A stretch of 64,000 nt of DNA from Phycisphaerae bacterium (GCA_002709295.1 PAQL01000012.1:171717-235716); one strand, 5' to 3'. Shown: positions 40,501 to 52,697, counted from the stretch's first letter. The notes: a model not told the origin generated them from the sequence alone. Made by a program: numbers and translations.

Positions 40501-40581
40501 CGCCGCGGGATCACCCGCCTCGGTCCGGCGACGGACCTCGATGCGATGGACGGCGACGGCGGAGGCGACGGAGGTGCTCAT
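37555..40581 (-). CDS. purL: phosphoribosylformylglycinamidine synthase PurS-PurL fusion (1008 aa)
   Basis: The PurL core starts at about residue 230 (QTWSEHCVHKT, ...VETHNHPS...). The roughly 230-aa N-terminal extension contains two PurS-like units. Confidence 0.9.
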   Translation of the reverse strand: MSTSVASAVAVHRIEVRRRTEAGDPAADALLSDAADLELDLRPTGAARIDVYLLQGDLRAEELDRIGRDLLADPVMQMAELGATAVPPGHALIEVHPLPGVMDPAAASISTALEAILGRDRAASIEVRTGVRWELAGISPEAAHRLATRLLANPVVHAIHGEAYLPDAFPAGHERAFEVRSIEISSLDDEALERLSRDAHLFLSLEEMQAIQRHYRDLGREPREIELESLAQTWSEHCVHKTLKATIEYREPDGGGSGPSLLESASSRPGHELIGPGVVRIDNLLKSTVAAATHRLMAEDLDDWCLSVFVDNAGVVAFDDDHAVCMKVETHNHPSALEPYGGAATGIGGCIRDIMGTGLAAKPIAATDVFCVATDQPGELPEGCLHPRRTLSEVVAGVRDYGNRMGIPTLDGGVWFDDRYVGNPLVYCGCIGVMPRDRVEGDAMPGDRIIALGGRTGRDGIHGATFSSAELTDTHADEFSHAVQIGNPITEKITLDAVLAARDHESGCLFRAITDCGAGGFSSAVGEMGEKLGADVRLDRAPVKYAGLTPVEVWISEAQERMVLAVPPEKVDTLAAICDDHGVEWCDLGEFGTPGRELILHWGETEVGRISMEFLHDGVPMPVREATWDPEWAAAEAGGADPGVESRPPVTGGADLLAMAESLLRHPNLASKAWIIRQYDHEVQGGAVLRPFAGPNDGPGDAAIIRPVPDRPRGLAIGHGLATGLARDPYLMGLAAIDECVRNMVCVGADPTRIAILDNFCWPSCGDPRNLGSLVRASEACLDGGIAYRTPFVSGKDSLNNQFSTEDGRTIRVPPTLLISGMGLVEDESIATSMDAKQDGSRLVVVGSTSDRLGGSHFLRIGGDPGAGRDELPVTDLVRGPRTARAVAEAIRAGIVRSAHDPSEGGLLVAAIEMAFSGGLGIDLDLDAVPTDGAASATATAFAEDPSRYLLEVAESDLQKLSDLLGDLPHAVIGTFGGTDVQVRSDEFEAASSPADGFLDAWNKGCER

Positions 40582-40660
40582 CGGGGCCGCATTTTAGGGA
40601 AACCTCGGCCGGTCCGTGGGAGCCACCCCGGAGTCGGGGAAGAAACGTCGGTTGGGGCGG

Positions 40661-40703
40661 AATGAAACGCACGGCTCCACCGGGGGACCCGGGGAACCGT
40701 GCG
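40661..40703 (-). terminator. putative hairpin terminator after porin paralogue 1
   Basis: Minus strand CGCACGGTTCC-loop-GGAGCCGTGCG (one mismatch), followed by TTTCATT. Confidence 0.45.
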
Positions 40704-40729
40704 CGTGGACGGCAGTTGATGTGGGACGA

Positions 40730-42397
40730 TCAGAAGGCCAGCTGGACATAGCCCCGGAGGATGTACTGGTCGGATTTCGGAGTCGACCGGACTCCGAGCT
40801 CGGGGGTGTTCCAGTTCGGATCGACCTGGGTCGGGAAATACGTCACCGAGGCGCCGATCTTGAAATCCTCACCATCGATGTAGTAGGTGCCGCCGAGGTG
40901 CAGTCCGACGTAGGGATGCGGGTTGACATACGCGCCGTAGAAGCGGCTGACCGGGTTGTCGTTCGCCAGATCGCCGAGTTCCCTGAGCCGGTTGTCGCCG
41001 ACCATCGAGAGCCACTCGGCTCCGAGGTAGAGCTCGGTCTCCTGAGTGACGTACATCGAGCCGAAGAGGCTCGCCCCCATCGTCTGGACGGTGCCGACAT
41101 CGATGGTGGGGTTGGAGTTTCCGATCGGGCTGAAGTTGTAGATGAGGTACGAGGCCCCACTGGTCACGTTGTGGTAGTAGACGTTCGCAGTGATGGTGGC
41201 CCCGCCCAGATTCGCCGTCGCATCTCCGGTGAACCCGAACCAGGTGTTGTACTTGTTGCCGCCGAAGGCCGGATTGGAGGTGTTGTTGGGCCCGGTGGGA
41301 TTGATGTTCACCTTGCCTCGCTGGAAGTGCCCGCCGACGCCGAGCATCAGACCGAACTCCTCTCCCGGAGGAGAAGTCATCCGATCGAAGTCACCCCAGG
41401 CGCCCGAGACCTTGTACTCGGCACGTCCGGTGAAGGAAAGCTCCGACTGCGTGTCGTAGTAGGGGCTGTTCATGGGCTCGGTGGTGGACAGCCGGTACTG
41501 TTCGAAGATCCGGTCGTTCGCACCTTCGCTCATCGCGACCGACACCCTCAGGTCGTCGCTCTGATACTCGAGTTCGACGCCCTGGCTGCGTCCCAGCCCC
41601 ATGTGCAGGGCCAGTGCGGTGCGCTCACCGGTCAGCTGGTTGGGGATTCCAACCTCCCAGGCGCGGTCGAAGGGAAGCTTGAACTGCCCGACCCGCACCG
41701 TGAACGAGGAGTCGAGGGCGTGGGCGATCCAGGCGTCGAGAAGCTGGAGCTGCCCGTTGCGGTTTCCGTATTCGCCGGACTGGATGTACGCCGTGCCGAC
41801 GTTGCCGGCGTACCAGGTCCCTCTCATGTTGGTGAATCCACCCATGATCCGGAACGTCGTGTCCGGGCCGAACATGTGGCCGTCGAAGTCCAGTCGGGTG
41901 TGCGGCATGTCCCAGCCGTAGCGCCGGGTCGAATTGTCCTCCGCGGTGAACCCGGGCAGCTCCGGCACTCCGGGCGCCGATTCGAACGGAGCCCGGAAGG
42001 TCGAGTAGACGTATCTCGCCTGGGTCATGCCACCGATGTTCAACCGAAAGCGACCGTCCGGACTCTGAAGGAAGAATCCGTCATCCCAGCCGGCGGTGAG
42101 ACCGGCCGACTGGAGGGAGGCTCGTGAATCGGCGTCGGCGAGGACATCGGTGACGATGCCGCGGATCTCCTCCGCCCGCTGCTCGGAGATCCAGGTCCGG
42201 CCGTCCTCCGCCTCGAGTTCGTTCACCCGACCCTGGAGGGTCTGATTCCGCTGTTCGAGTTCCGCCAACCGCCGGGCCATGTCATCCAGGTTGATCGGAG
42301 GGGCTGTGGTGTCCTGTCCATGACCGGTTCCACCGGTTCCGGCGAGCGCCAGGAGCAGTGTCCCGGCCATGACTCGCTTGTCTCGCATCCTGCGCAT
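40730..42397 (-). CDS. porin-like outer-membrane beta-barrel protein, paralogue 1 (555 aa)
   Basis: Signal peptide, coiled-coil ARRLAELEQRNQTLQGRVNELE, WISEQRAEEIRGIVTDVLADAD, GWDDGFFLQSPDGRFRL, alternating beta-strand pattern, C-terminal ...YVQLAF. Confidence 0.8.
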   Translation of the reverse strand: MRRMRDKRVMAGTLLLALAGTGGTGHGQDTTAPPINLDDMARRLAELEQRNQTLQGRVNELEAEDGRTWISEQRAEEIRGIVTDVLADADSRASLQSAGLTAGWDDGFFLQSPDGRFRLNIGGMTQARYVYSTFRAPFESAPGVPELPGFTAEDNSTRRYGWDMPHTRLDFDGHMFGPDTTFRIMGGFTNMRGTWYAGNVGTAYIQSGEYGNRNGQLQLLDAWIAHALDSSFTVRVGQFKLPFDRAWEVGIPNQLTGERTALALHMGLGRSQGVELEYQSDDLRVSVAMSEGANDRIFEQYRLSTTEPMNSPYYDTQSELSFTGRAEYKVSGAWGDFDRMTSPPGEEFGLMLGVGGHFQRGKVNINPTGPNNTSNPAFGGNKYNTWFGFTGDATANLGGATITANVYYHNVTSGASYLIYNFSPIGNSNPTIDVGTVQTMGASLFGSMYVTQETELYLGAEWLSMVGDNRLRELGDLANDNPVSRFYGAYVNPHPYVGLHLGGTYYIDGEDFKIGASVTYFPTQVDPNWNTPELGVRSTPKSDQYILRGYVQLAF

Positions 42398-42572
42398 GTG
42401 AATCCCCGTGACCTGAAATCGGCGGAGTGACTGTGAGATATCGGTCACTCCAGGGAGCTTCCATGAGCATTCAAGGGGGTTTCCAGGGGTGGATTTCAGG
42501 TCTTGCCGTCCGCCCCGGGGCCGTGGCACGGCCTCGGTCCGAGCCGCCGCCACGCTGATCGCCCTCCGCCAC

Positions 42573-42613
42573 GAAAAGACCGGCCGGATCCTGCGATCAG
42601 GATCCGGCCGGTC
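42573..42613 (-). terminator. rho-independent terminator after porin paralogue 2
   Basis: Perfect 16-bp stem GACCGGCCGGATCCTG / CAGGATCCGGCCGGTC with a 4-nt loop, followed on the minus strand by TTTTC. Confidence 0.75.
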
Positions 42614-42665
42614 GACCTCCGAGAGTCAGGAACAGAGTCCTTCGTTCTCGTCGGGTGGATGACAC

Positions 42666-44120
42666 TCAGAAGAGAAGCTGCAGCTGCGCCCGCAGGGCCC
42701 ACTGGTTGGTCTCCCCGGGAGCATCGGTGCGGAACCCGGCACTGTTCGGGGTGAACGCCCAGTCCCTGACGTTGGAATCCTCAAACGAGGCGAAGTTGAT
42801 CGACCAGTCGAGGGTGAACTTGACCGCGGAGTTGATGAACCAGTTCGCACCCACGGTGAAACCATCGAACCTGGACGTCGGGGACGAAAAGGGGGCGTCG
42901 TAGTTCATGTACTCGTAGCGGGCGAAGGCCTCGACGTCCTCGCAGACGAAGTAGCCACCCTGAACGGTGAAACCAAAGGGATTGGTCGTGCCCGGGGTCC
43001 TCAACACATTACCGACCGGAGTAGTGACGTTCTTGTAGATGCCGGAGACGAAGAGACTCGCACCGTCGAAGTCGAGCGTCAGATCGGCGGTCACGCCACT
43101 GCCCAGCGTGCCGTCGGTGGCGACGAACCTCTGGTTCGCCCGCTGGACGAATCCGGAAAGGCCGAGCATCGCGCCGAATTCGGAGCCGCGCGGACTGCTG
43201 AAGTCCTTGAACTGCCCCCACTCACCGGCCATCTTCCATTCCCCACGGCCGACGAAGGAGTAACTCGTGCCGGTCTCGCTCCAGCCCGTGTTCTGGCTGT
43301 TGAATCCCGCCCCCCCCATGCCCCGCGGCCCGATCCCGTCACCGGTCCAGGCCGCGATCTTGAAATCGTCGGTGGTACGCGAGAGTTCGATGCCCTGCGA
43401 GTAGCCCTGATTGAAGTATTCCGTGACGATCGAACGCTCGACCGCCAGCTGCTGGGAGGAGGACACAAGTTCCTCGCGCAACCAGGGCGCCTTGAACTGG
43501 CCGACCTTCACCTTCCAGCCATCCCCCAGACTCTTGGCGATCCAGGCATCCTCGAGGACAAAGGTCCCACCACGATCTCGACGGAAGGCGCCCTTGACGC
43601 TGTAGGTCCAGCTGGGATCGATGACATGTCCGGAGAACTTCAGCTTCGTCCGGCGATTCTCGAAACCCCAGTAATACGGAGAGTGCTGACGGGGTTCCTG
43701 CGGATCCACCGGGGCGGCCACGCGTCCGTTGGCGTGATTGACGATGTAGCGGACCTGCAACTGCCCGCTGATCTTGAGCTTGAAGTTTCCGTCCGGACTG
43801 GCGAGGAAGAAACCCTTGTTCCAGCCGGCCATGGCACCGCTGTCCTGGAAGCTGGTGCGGCTGTCGGCATCCGCGAGGACGTCCTGGACGATGCCGCGAA
43901 TCTCGCCGGCCCGCTGTTCGGTGAGCCAGCTCTCGCCGTCCTCCTGCTTCATGGCCGCGATCTCTCGGGACTGGTTCGCAACCACCTTCTTCAGTTCGGC
44001 GATCTGGGAGAGGGCATCGTTCGCGTGGTCGGCATCGACCTCGGAGGATGATGCCGATACGGTGGCCCCTCCAAGGACCAACGTGGCGACGAGGAGGGCT
44101 CTGGGAGACGTGTTGATCAT
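42666..44120 (-). CDS. porin-like outer-membrane beta-barrel protein, paralogue 2 (484 aa)
   Basis: AGGAG RBS 8 nt upstream of ATG 44120. Signal peptide, WLTEQRAGEIRGIVQDVLADAD, GWNKGFFLASPDGNFKL, C-terminal WALRAQLQLLF. Confidence 0.85.
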   Translation of the reverse strand: MINTSPRALLVATLVLGGATVSASSSEVDADHANDALSQIAELKKVVANQSREIAAMKQEDGESWLTEQRAGEIRGIVQDVLADADSRTSFQDSGAMAGWNKGFFLASPDGNFKLKISGQLQVRYIVNHANGRVAAPVDPQEPRQHSPYYWGFENRRTKLKFSGHVIDPSWTYSVKGAFRRDRGGTFVLEDAWIAKSLGDGWKVKVGQFKAPWLREELVSSSQQLAVERSIVTEYFNQGYSQGIELSRTTDDFKIAAWTGDGIGPRGMGGAGFNSQNTGWSETGTSYSFVGRGEWKMAGEWGQFKDFSSPRGSEFGAMLGLSGFVQRANQRFVATDGTLGSGVTADLTLDFDGASLFVSGIYKNVTTPVGNVLRTPGTTNPFGFTVQGGYFVCEDVEAFARYEYMNYDAPFSSPTSRFDGFTVGANWFINSAVKFTLDWSINFASFEDSNVRDWAFTPNSAGFRTDAPGETNQWALRAQLQLLF

Positions 44121-44265
44121 GATTTCAGACTCCTGAATGTCGATGTGACAAGTTTTCGATGGCCATGTACGAGTGTCCTGCCGCCCAGTTGTTGAGAGCG
44201 TGCAAGCGAATCCCGTTCTTCGAATGGCAGCGTACCTCTCCGAGAGCGCAGTGTTCCAGCGCATG

Positions 44266-44337
44266 AAAAAACCGGTCGGACCCTGAGGTCCGACCGGCCG
44301 AGCCCTTGAAAGCCCGGGCTCCTTGCGGAGCCCGGGC
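44266..44337 (-). terminator. tandem hairpin terminators after porin paralogue 3
   Basis: GCCCGGGCTCC-TTGC-GGAGCCCGGGC (44312-44337), then CCGGTCGGACC-CTGA-GGTCCGACCGG (44272-44297), followed on the minus strand by TTTTTT. Confidence 0.7.
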
Positions 44338-44357
44338 GATTCGTCGGGTGGATGAAA

Positions 44358-45716
44358 TCAGAACATGAGCTGCAGCTGGGCACGAAGGGCCCACTGGTCA
44401 GTGCTGTTCGGCGTGGCGTCCGCACGGAAGCCCTGGCTGAGGTTGTCCGTAGCGAAGCTCTTGAGGTTCATACCCCATTCGACCGTCGCCTTGACGTTGG
44501 CGGTCATGAAGTAGTTGGCACCAACGGTGATGCCGTTGAACCTGGACGTCTCGGTGGCCGGGTCGACGTCGGTATCGAGCCAGTCGTAACGACCGAAGAT
44601 CTCGATGTCATCACTGACGAAGTAGCCGCCCTGGATGTTGAAGGCCCAGGGGTTGTCACTGCCGTCGATGTTGTTGCCGATCCAGATGAACGAGGCGAAC
44701 AGGTTCGCTCCGCCCATTTCCCAGCTGAAGTCGCCGGTGAAGCCGTAGGCCGAGTTGTTGTTGAGAGCACCGGCGTTCGAGTTGCCGGTCTCGTAGACAC
44801 CCGCCAGACCGACCATCATGCCGCCTTCTTCACCCTTGAAGGAGGTGAAGTCGTCGAAGATGCCCCAGTCGCCGGAGATCTTGTACTCGAAGCGGCCAGC
44901 CAGGGAGTACTTGGTGTTGACGTTGTTCCAAGTAGTGTTCTGGGTGCCGGTGAGTCCGGGCTGGTTGCCCTGGAGAACGCCGTTTCCGAGGAAGACGTTG
45001 TAGCGGAAGGCGTCCGACGCGTAGTTGAGCTGGATGCCCTGGTCGAAGCCCTGGGTGAAGTAGGAATCGACGATCGAGCGGTTCATGCCGAGCTGGTATC
45101 CGTCGTCGACGAGGGTCTCACGGAGCCAGGGGCCGCGGAACTGACCGGCGGTGATGCCGAAGCCGTCGCCGAAGTCCTTGGTGATCGAGGCGAAGGTGAG
45201 GCCCATGGCGCCGTTGAGCGTGGCACCATCATCGGTGGTCTGCTGGGCGAAGTTGCCACGAACGTGGAACTGCCAGCTGGGATCAACCACGTGACCCGAG
45301 AAGTCGAGGTACGTGCTGCCCATGTCGAAACCGTAGAGGTTGTCGGGGCTCGTGTCCTTGGCGTTGTTCAGCGTGAAGCGGGTCTGCATGAGGCCGCCCA
45401 CGTTGAGACGGAAGTTGCCGTCGGGGCTGGCGAGGAAGAAACCCTTGTTCCAGCCGGCCATGGCGCCGCTGTTCTGGAAGCTGGTGCGGGTGTCGGCGTC
45501 GGCGAGAACGTCCTGCACGATGCCACGGATCTCGCTCGCTCTCTCTTCGGTCAGCCATGCCTGGCTGTCCTGCTGCTTGAGCTCAGCGAGCTCCTGCTTG
45601 AGTTCGGCGATCTGTGAAAGCGCGTCGTTGTCGGACTCTGCGCCGCCGAAGGCCGTACCGGCGATGGCCAGCGCGGTCGTACCGGCGACGAGCCCAAACC
45701 TGGTGGTCAGACTCAT
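44358..45716 (-). CDS. porin-like outer-membrane beta-barrel protein, paralogue 3 (452 aa)
   Basis: GGAGAG RBS upstream of ATG 45716. Signal peptide, WLTEERASEIRGIVQDVLADAD, GWNKGFFLASPDGNFRL, C-terminal WALRAQLQLMF. Confidence 0.85.
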   Translation of the reverse strand: MSLTTRFGLVAGTTALAIAGTAFGGAESDNDALSQIAELKQELAELKQQDSQAWLTEERASEIRGIVQDVLADADTRTSFQNSGAMAGWNKGFFLASPDGNFRLNVGGLMQTRFTLNNAKDTSPDNLYGFDMGSTYLDFSGHVVDPSWQFHVRGNFAQQTTDDGATLNGAMGLTFASITKDFGDGFGITAGQFRGPWLRETLVDDGYQLGMNRSIVDSYFTQGFDQGIQLNYASDAFRYNVFLGNGVLQGNQPGLTGTQNTTWNNVNTKYSLAGRFEYKISGDWGIFDDFTSFKGEEGGMMVGLAGVYETGNSNAGALNNNSAYGFTGDFSWEMGGANLFASFIWIGNNIDGSDNPWAFNIQGGYFVSDDIEIFGRYDWLDTDVDPATETSRFNGITVGANYFMTANVKATVEWGMNLKSFATDNLSQGFRADATPNSTDQWALRAQLQLMF

Positions 45717-46100
45717 TCGGTGACTCTCCAAGAGGTGCTCAGGCATTTTGTCGTAAGCGGCGTTGTGCACGATTCGACTGCCCTGTGTTCATCCACCCGT
45801 CCGTCTAAGCGCCCCCGCCACCAATGGCGAGGACCGGACGTGATTTCCCCTATCGGCCAACACGGTCGATTGGGATGAAGGTGCGGACTATATCCATTCC
45901 CGGGAGGAGTGCCACCGCTCCCTCCCTCGAAACCCCCTCCAAACGCCGCCCAAGAGGGCTCAAATCGGGACTGAATTCCATAAACCCATCAATGACAGGC
46001 ACTTGGAAAACAGGGCCATGCGACAGGTAATCCCCATGAATATGGCGATTTCGTCGCTTCAAGAGCCCGAAAGAGACTCTGAAAAAAGTCTGCTCAACCC

Positions 46101-47507
46101 TCAACTCAGGTGGGAGATGGCGGCCCCGAGGCTCTCGATCCCGATGACCTCGAGCCCCGGAATCCCGACCTTGGAGGCCCCTCCAGCAGGCACCAGAGCC
46201 TGCCTGGCCCCTCGTCGACCGAGCTCCCGAAGCCTCTGCTCGAGGTTTCTGACGTTTCGAAGGGCCCCGGTGAGCCCGATTTCCCCGATCGCGACCGTTC
46301 CTGCAGGCAGCGCCCGGCCATGGTGGGCTCCGGCGATGGCCATCGCAATCGCGAGGTCCGCCGCGGGCTCGACCACTCTGGCCCCCCCCGCCACGGCTGC
46401 GAAGACATCCTGATCGGCGAGTCGCTGCCCCCCATGCTTCTCCAGAACCGCGATCAGCATCGCCAACCGACTCGAATCCAACCCCGTGGCCCGACGCTTG
46501 GCCGAGCCCAGGAACCCCGTAGCGGTCAACGCCTGCACCTCGACCGGCAGGCACCGAGAGCCTGCGATCGTCGCGGTTCGCACCGACCCGGGGACCCCGG
46601 GCCCCGTCGAATCGATGGCCAGTCCCGACTCATCAAGCTCTCGAAGCCCTCCGTCGGTCATTTCGAACAGGCCGATCTCCTGCGTCGATCCGAAGCGGTT
46701 CTTGGCCGCTCGAAGGACGCGATACCCGTGATCGCGGTCGCCTTCGAAGGCAAGGACCGCATCGACCACGTGCTCCAGCAGCTTCGGGCCGGCCAGCTGG
46801 CCCTCCTTGGTGACGTGCCCGACGATCACGATCGCTGCCCCGCTGATCTTCGCCGCCTGAACGAGATCGTGGCAGCACCGCCGAATCTGGGTCGTGGAGC
46901 CCGGAGGGGCATCGAGATCCAGTCGGTGGACCATCTGGATCGAATCAAGGACCACGACGGTCGGTTGGACCTTCCGGATCTCGTCCACGATCCGAACCAG
47001 GCTCGTATCCGCCTGCAGGTACAGATCCCCGGCCCCCGGCAGGCCCTCCCCGAGCAGGCGATCTGCTCGAAGGCGGATCTGCTGCGGACTCTCCTCGCTG
47101 CTGGCGTAGAGGACCCGGCCACCTCCCCGGACCACGCTGGCCGCCGCCTGGAGCAGCACCGTGCTCTTGCCGATGCCGGGCTCGCCACCCAGCAGGATCG
47201 CCGATCCGGGGACCAGACCGCCTCCAAGGACGCGATCGAGCTCTCCCAGCCCGGTTGGAATCCGGGGCACCTCGAGCTGTTCGACCTCGTTGATGGGGAC
47301 CGAGCCGGTCAGGAGGCCGAGGGCGTCTCCCGTGGTCGGAGCCGCTCGCATCGCCACACCCGCCACCGTGCCCACGGTCGCGGCCTCCGCGGGCTCATGA
47401 AAGGACTCCAGACTGTCCCAGGCCCCGCAATCGGGGCATTTCCCGATCCACTTGGGCTGGACACCGCCGCATTCGTTGCAGACAAAGGAGGTTCGAGACT
47501 TCGCCAT
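46101..47507 (-). CDS. radA: DNA repair protein RadA/Sms
   Basis: FVCNECGGVQPKWIGKCPDCGAWDS zinc finger, GEPGIGKST Walker A, KNRFG, Lon-like C-terminal domain. Confidence 0.95.
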   Translation of the reverse strand: MAKSRTSFVCNECGGVQPKWIGKCPDCGAWDSLESFHEPAEAATVGTVAGVAMRAAPTTGDALGLLTGSVPINEVEQLEVPRIPTGLGELDRVLGGGLVPGSAILLGGEPGIGKSTVLLQAAASVVRGGGRVLYASSEESPQQIRLRADRLLGEGLPGAGDLYLQADTSLVRIVDEIRKVQPTVVVLDSIQMVHRLDLDAPPGSTTQIRRCCHDLVQAAKISGAAIVIVGHVTKEGQLAGPKLLEHVVDAVLAFEGDRDHGYRVLRAAKNRFGSTQEIGLFEMTDGGLRELDESGLAIDSTGPGVPGSVRTATIAGSRCLPVEVQALTATGFLGSAKRRATGLDSSRLAMLIAVLEKHGGQRLADQDVFAAVAGGARVVEPAADLAIAMAIAGAHHGRALPAGTVAIGEIGLTGALRNVRNLEQRLRELGRRGARQALVPAGGASKVGIPGLEVIGIESLGAAISHLS

Positions 47508-47796
47508 GGCAGGAAGTCTACGAGCCGGATTTCGGTTTCTGATCGGGGAGACCGATTTTCCTCGGTCTCAGCGGGCCCCTCGTCGGAGCCGACGTGACCA
47601 TGCTCCGTATAGAAGGATGGCGCGGCGTCGCTCCCGGGCCGAGGGCCAGGCGGAGCGGTCGGAACCCAGAGCGGTCTCCATCCGCCATGACCAGTACCGA
47701 CCTCGGAGTCGGAATCGAGTCACGGCCGCCAGATGGAGGAGGCCGAGCAGACCGGACATCATGATTCGCATGGGAGGCTGTCGGTCCAGAGAGGCA

Positions 47797-49056
47797 TCAG
47801 CCGGCTCCCGGCTCGGCGAGCCGGCTTCGCTCCACCTCTTCCTCGGCGGGGCTGAAACGGCTCCCGATGAGGCGGACCCGGGAGTTGGGGTCGGCCTGAC
47901 GGGGCATCACCGGGATGATGAGGTAGATGAAGACGATGGTGCCGAGCGATCCCGCCCACATCCATTCGTTCCAGCCCATGAAGAGGAAGACCGAGGTGAC
48001 CAGCATCACCAGCAGCGAGGCGGGGATCATCCCCTCCCAGGCCAGTCGCATCAGCTGGTCGAATCGGAAACGGGGCAGGGTCCAGCGGATGGCCATTGCG
48101 AAGGCGACCAGCAGGAACATCTTGCCCGCGACCACTCCGAACTGGATCAGCCCGATCCACCAGGGACCGGAGGCGGGAATGTCCCAGCCCCAGAACGGAT
48201 TCACGGACCATCCCCCGAGGAAGAGCATCGTGAAGAACGCCGCCCCGGTGATCATGTGGAAGTACTCGGCGAGGAAGAAGATCGCGAAACGCATCGACGA
48301 ATACTCGGTGTGGTACCCGCCGACCAGCTCGCTCTCGCACTCCGCGAGATCGAAGGGGGCTCGATTGCTCTCCGCCAGCATGCACGTGTAGAAGATGATC
48401 GCGGCCACGGGAAGCTGGACGATGTTCCAGGCTGCACCCAGCTGGCCTCCCACGATCACCTCGGGCCGGATCGAGCCCGCCACCAGGATCACCGCCAGCA
48501 GCGACAGTCCCATGGGGATCTCGTAGGAGATCATCTGGGCGCCGGCTCGCAGCCCGCCCAGGAACGACCACTTGTTGTTGCTCGCCCATCCCCCGAGGGT
48601 GACTCCGAAGACCCCGAGGGAGGCCACCGCGATCAGGTAGACGACCCCGATGTTGATCTCGGCTCCGACCACGGACACCATGTAGGTGGCGTTGCCCCGG
48701 TTGATCCCGAGCCACTGGACCAGACCAGTGATGTCGATCGGGCCGGTGAATGGGACGATGATGAATCCGATCATCGCCGGCACCATGATCAGGCCCGGAG
48801 CCAGCGTGAACAGCGCCTTGTCGACACCGCCGGGGGTGTAGTCCTCCTTGAGCAGGAACTTCAATCCGTCGGCGATCGGCTGGAGCATGCCCTTGGGGCC
48901 GACCCGGTTGGGGCCGACGCGGTCCTGCATCCAGGCGCTGAGCTTCCGCTCCAGCATGATCGAATAGGCGCACGCTCCGAGGAAGACATGCAGCAGCGCC
49001 ACGATCGAGAGGATCGAGAAGCCGAGCTGAACCTGGTCTGGCGTCGCGGTGAACAT
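47797..49056 (-). CDS. nuoH: NADH-quinone oxidoreductase subunit H
   Basis: ERKLSAWMQDRVGPNRVGPKGMLQPIADGLKFLLKED plus 8 or more TM helices. Has a C-terminal extension. Confidence 0.92.
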   Translation of the reverse strand: MFTATPDQVQLGFSILSIVALLHVFLGACAYSIMLERKLSAWMQDRVGPNRVGPKGMLQPIADGLKFLLKEDYTPGGVDKALFTLAPGLIMVPAMIGFIIVPFTGPIDITGLVQWLGINRGNATYMVSVVGAEINIGVVYLIAVASLGVFGVTLGGWASNNKWSFLGGLRAGAQMISYEIPMGLSLLAVILVAGSIRPEVIVGGQLGAAWNIVQLPVAAIIFYTCMLAESNRAPFDLAECESELVGGYHTEYSSMRFAIFFLAEYFHMITGAAFFTMLFLGGWSVNPFWGWDIPASGPWWIGLIQFGVVAGKMFLLVAFAMAIRWTLPRFRFDQLMRLAWEGMIPASLLVMLVTSVFLFMGWNEWMWAGSLGTIVFIYLIIPVMPRQADPNSRVRLIGSRFSPAEEEVERSRLAEPGAG

Positions 49057-49181
49057 GGGGTCCCCTGAGGACGAAGCCGTCGGATCGTGGCGTGAAGTCT
49101 ACTGCCCGATCCCCACGAAAGACCCGCGATCCGCTCACCTCGGGGGAGAAAGCATCGAGAGCGGGTGGCCCTCGAGTCCGA

Positions 49182-52697
<3,516 letters not shown>

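Noticed and set aside
45824-46030. 68-aa plus-strand ORF in the long intergenic region
   Set aside because: It has no RBS and an Arg/Pro/Ser/Thr-rich composition. It runs antisense to the expected porin promoter/leader.
47568-47771. 67-aa minus-strand ORF between nuoH and radA
   Set aside because: It has no RBS, its composition is Arg/Trp-rich, and I can invoke no conservation. It cannot be told apart from chance in a 290-bp GC-rich spacer.
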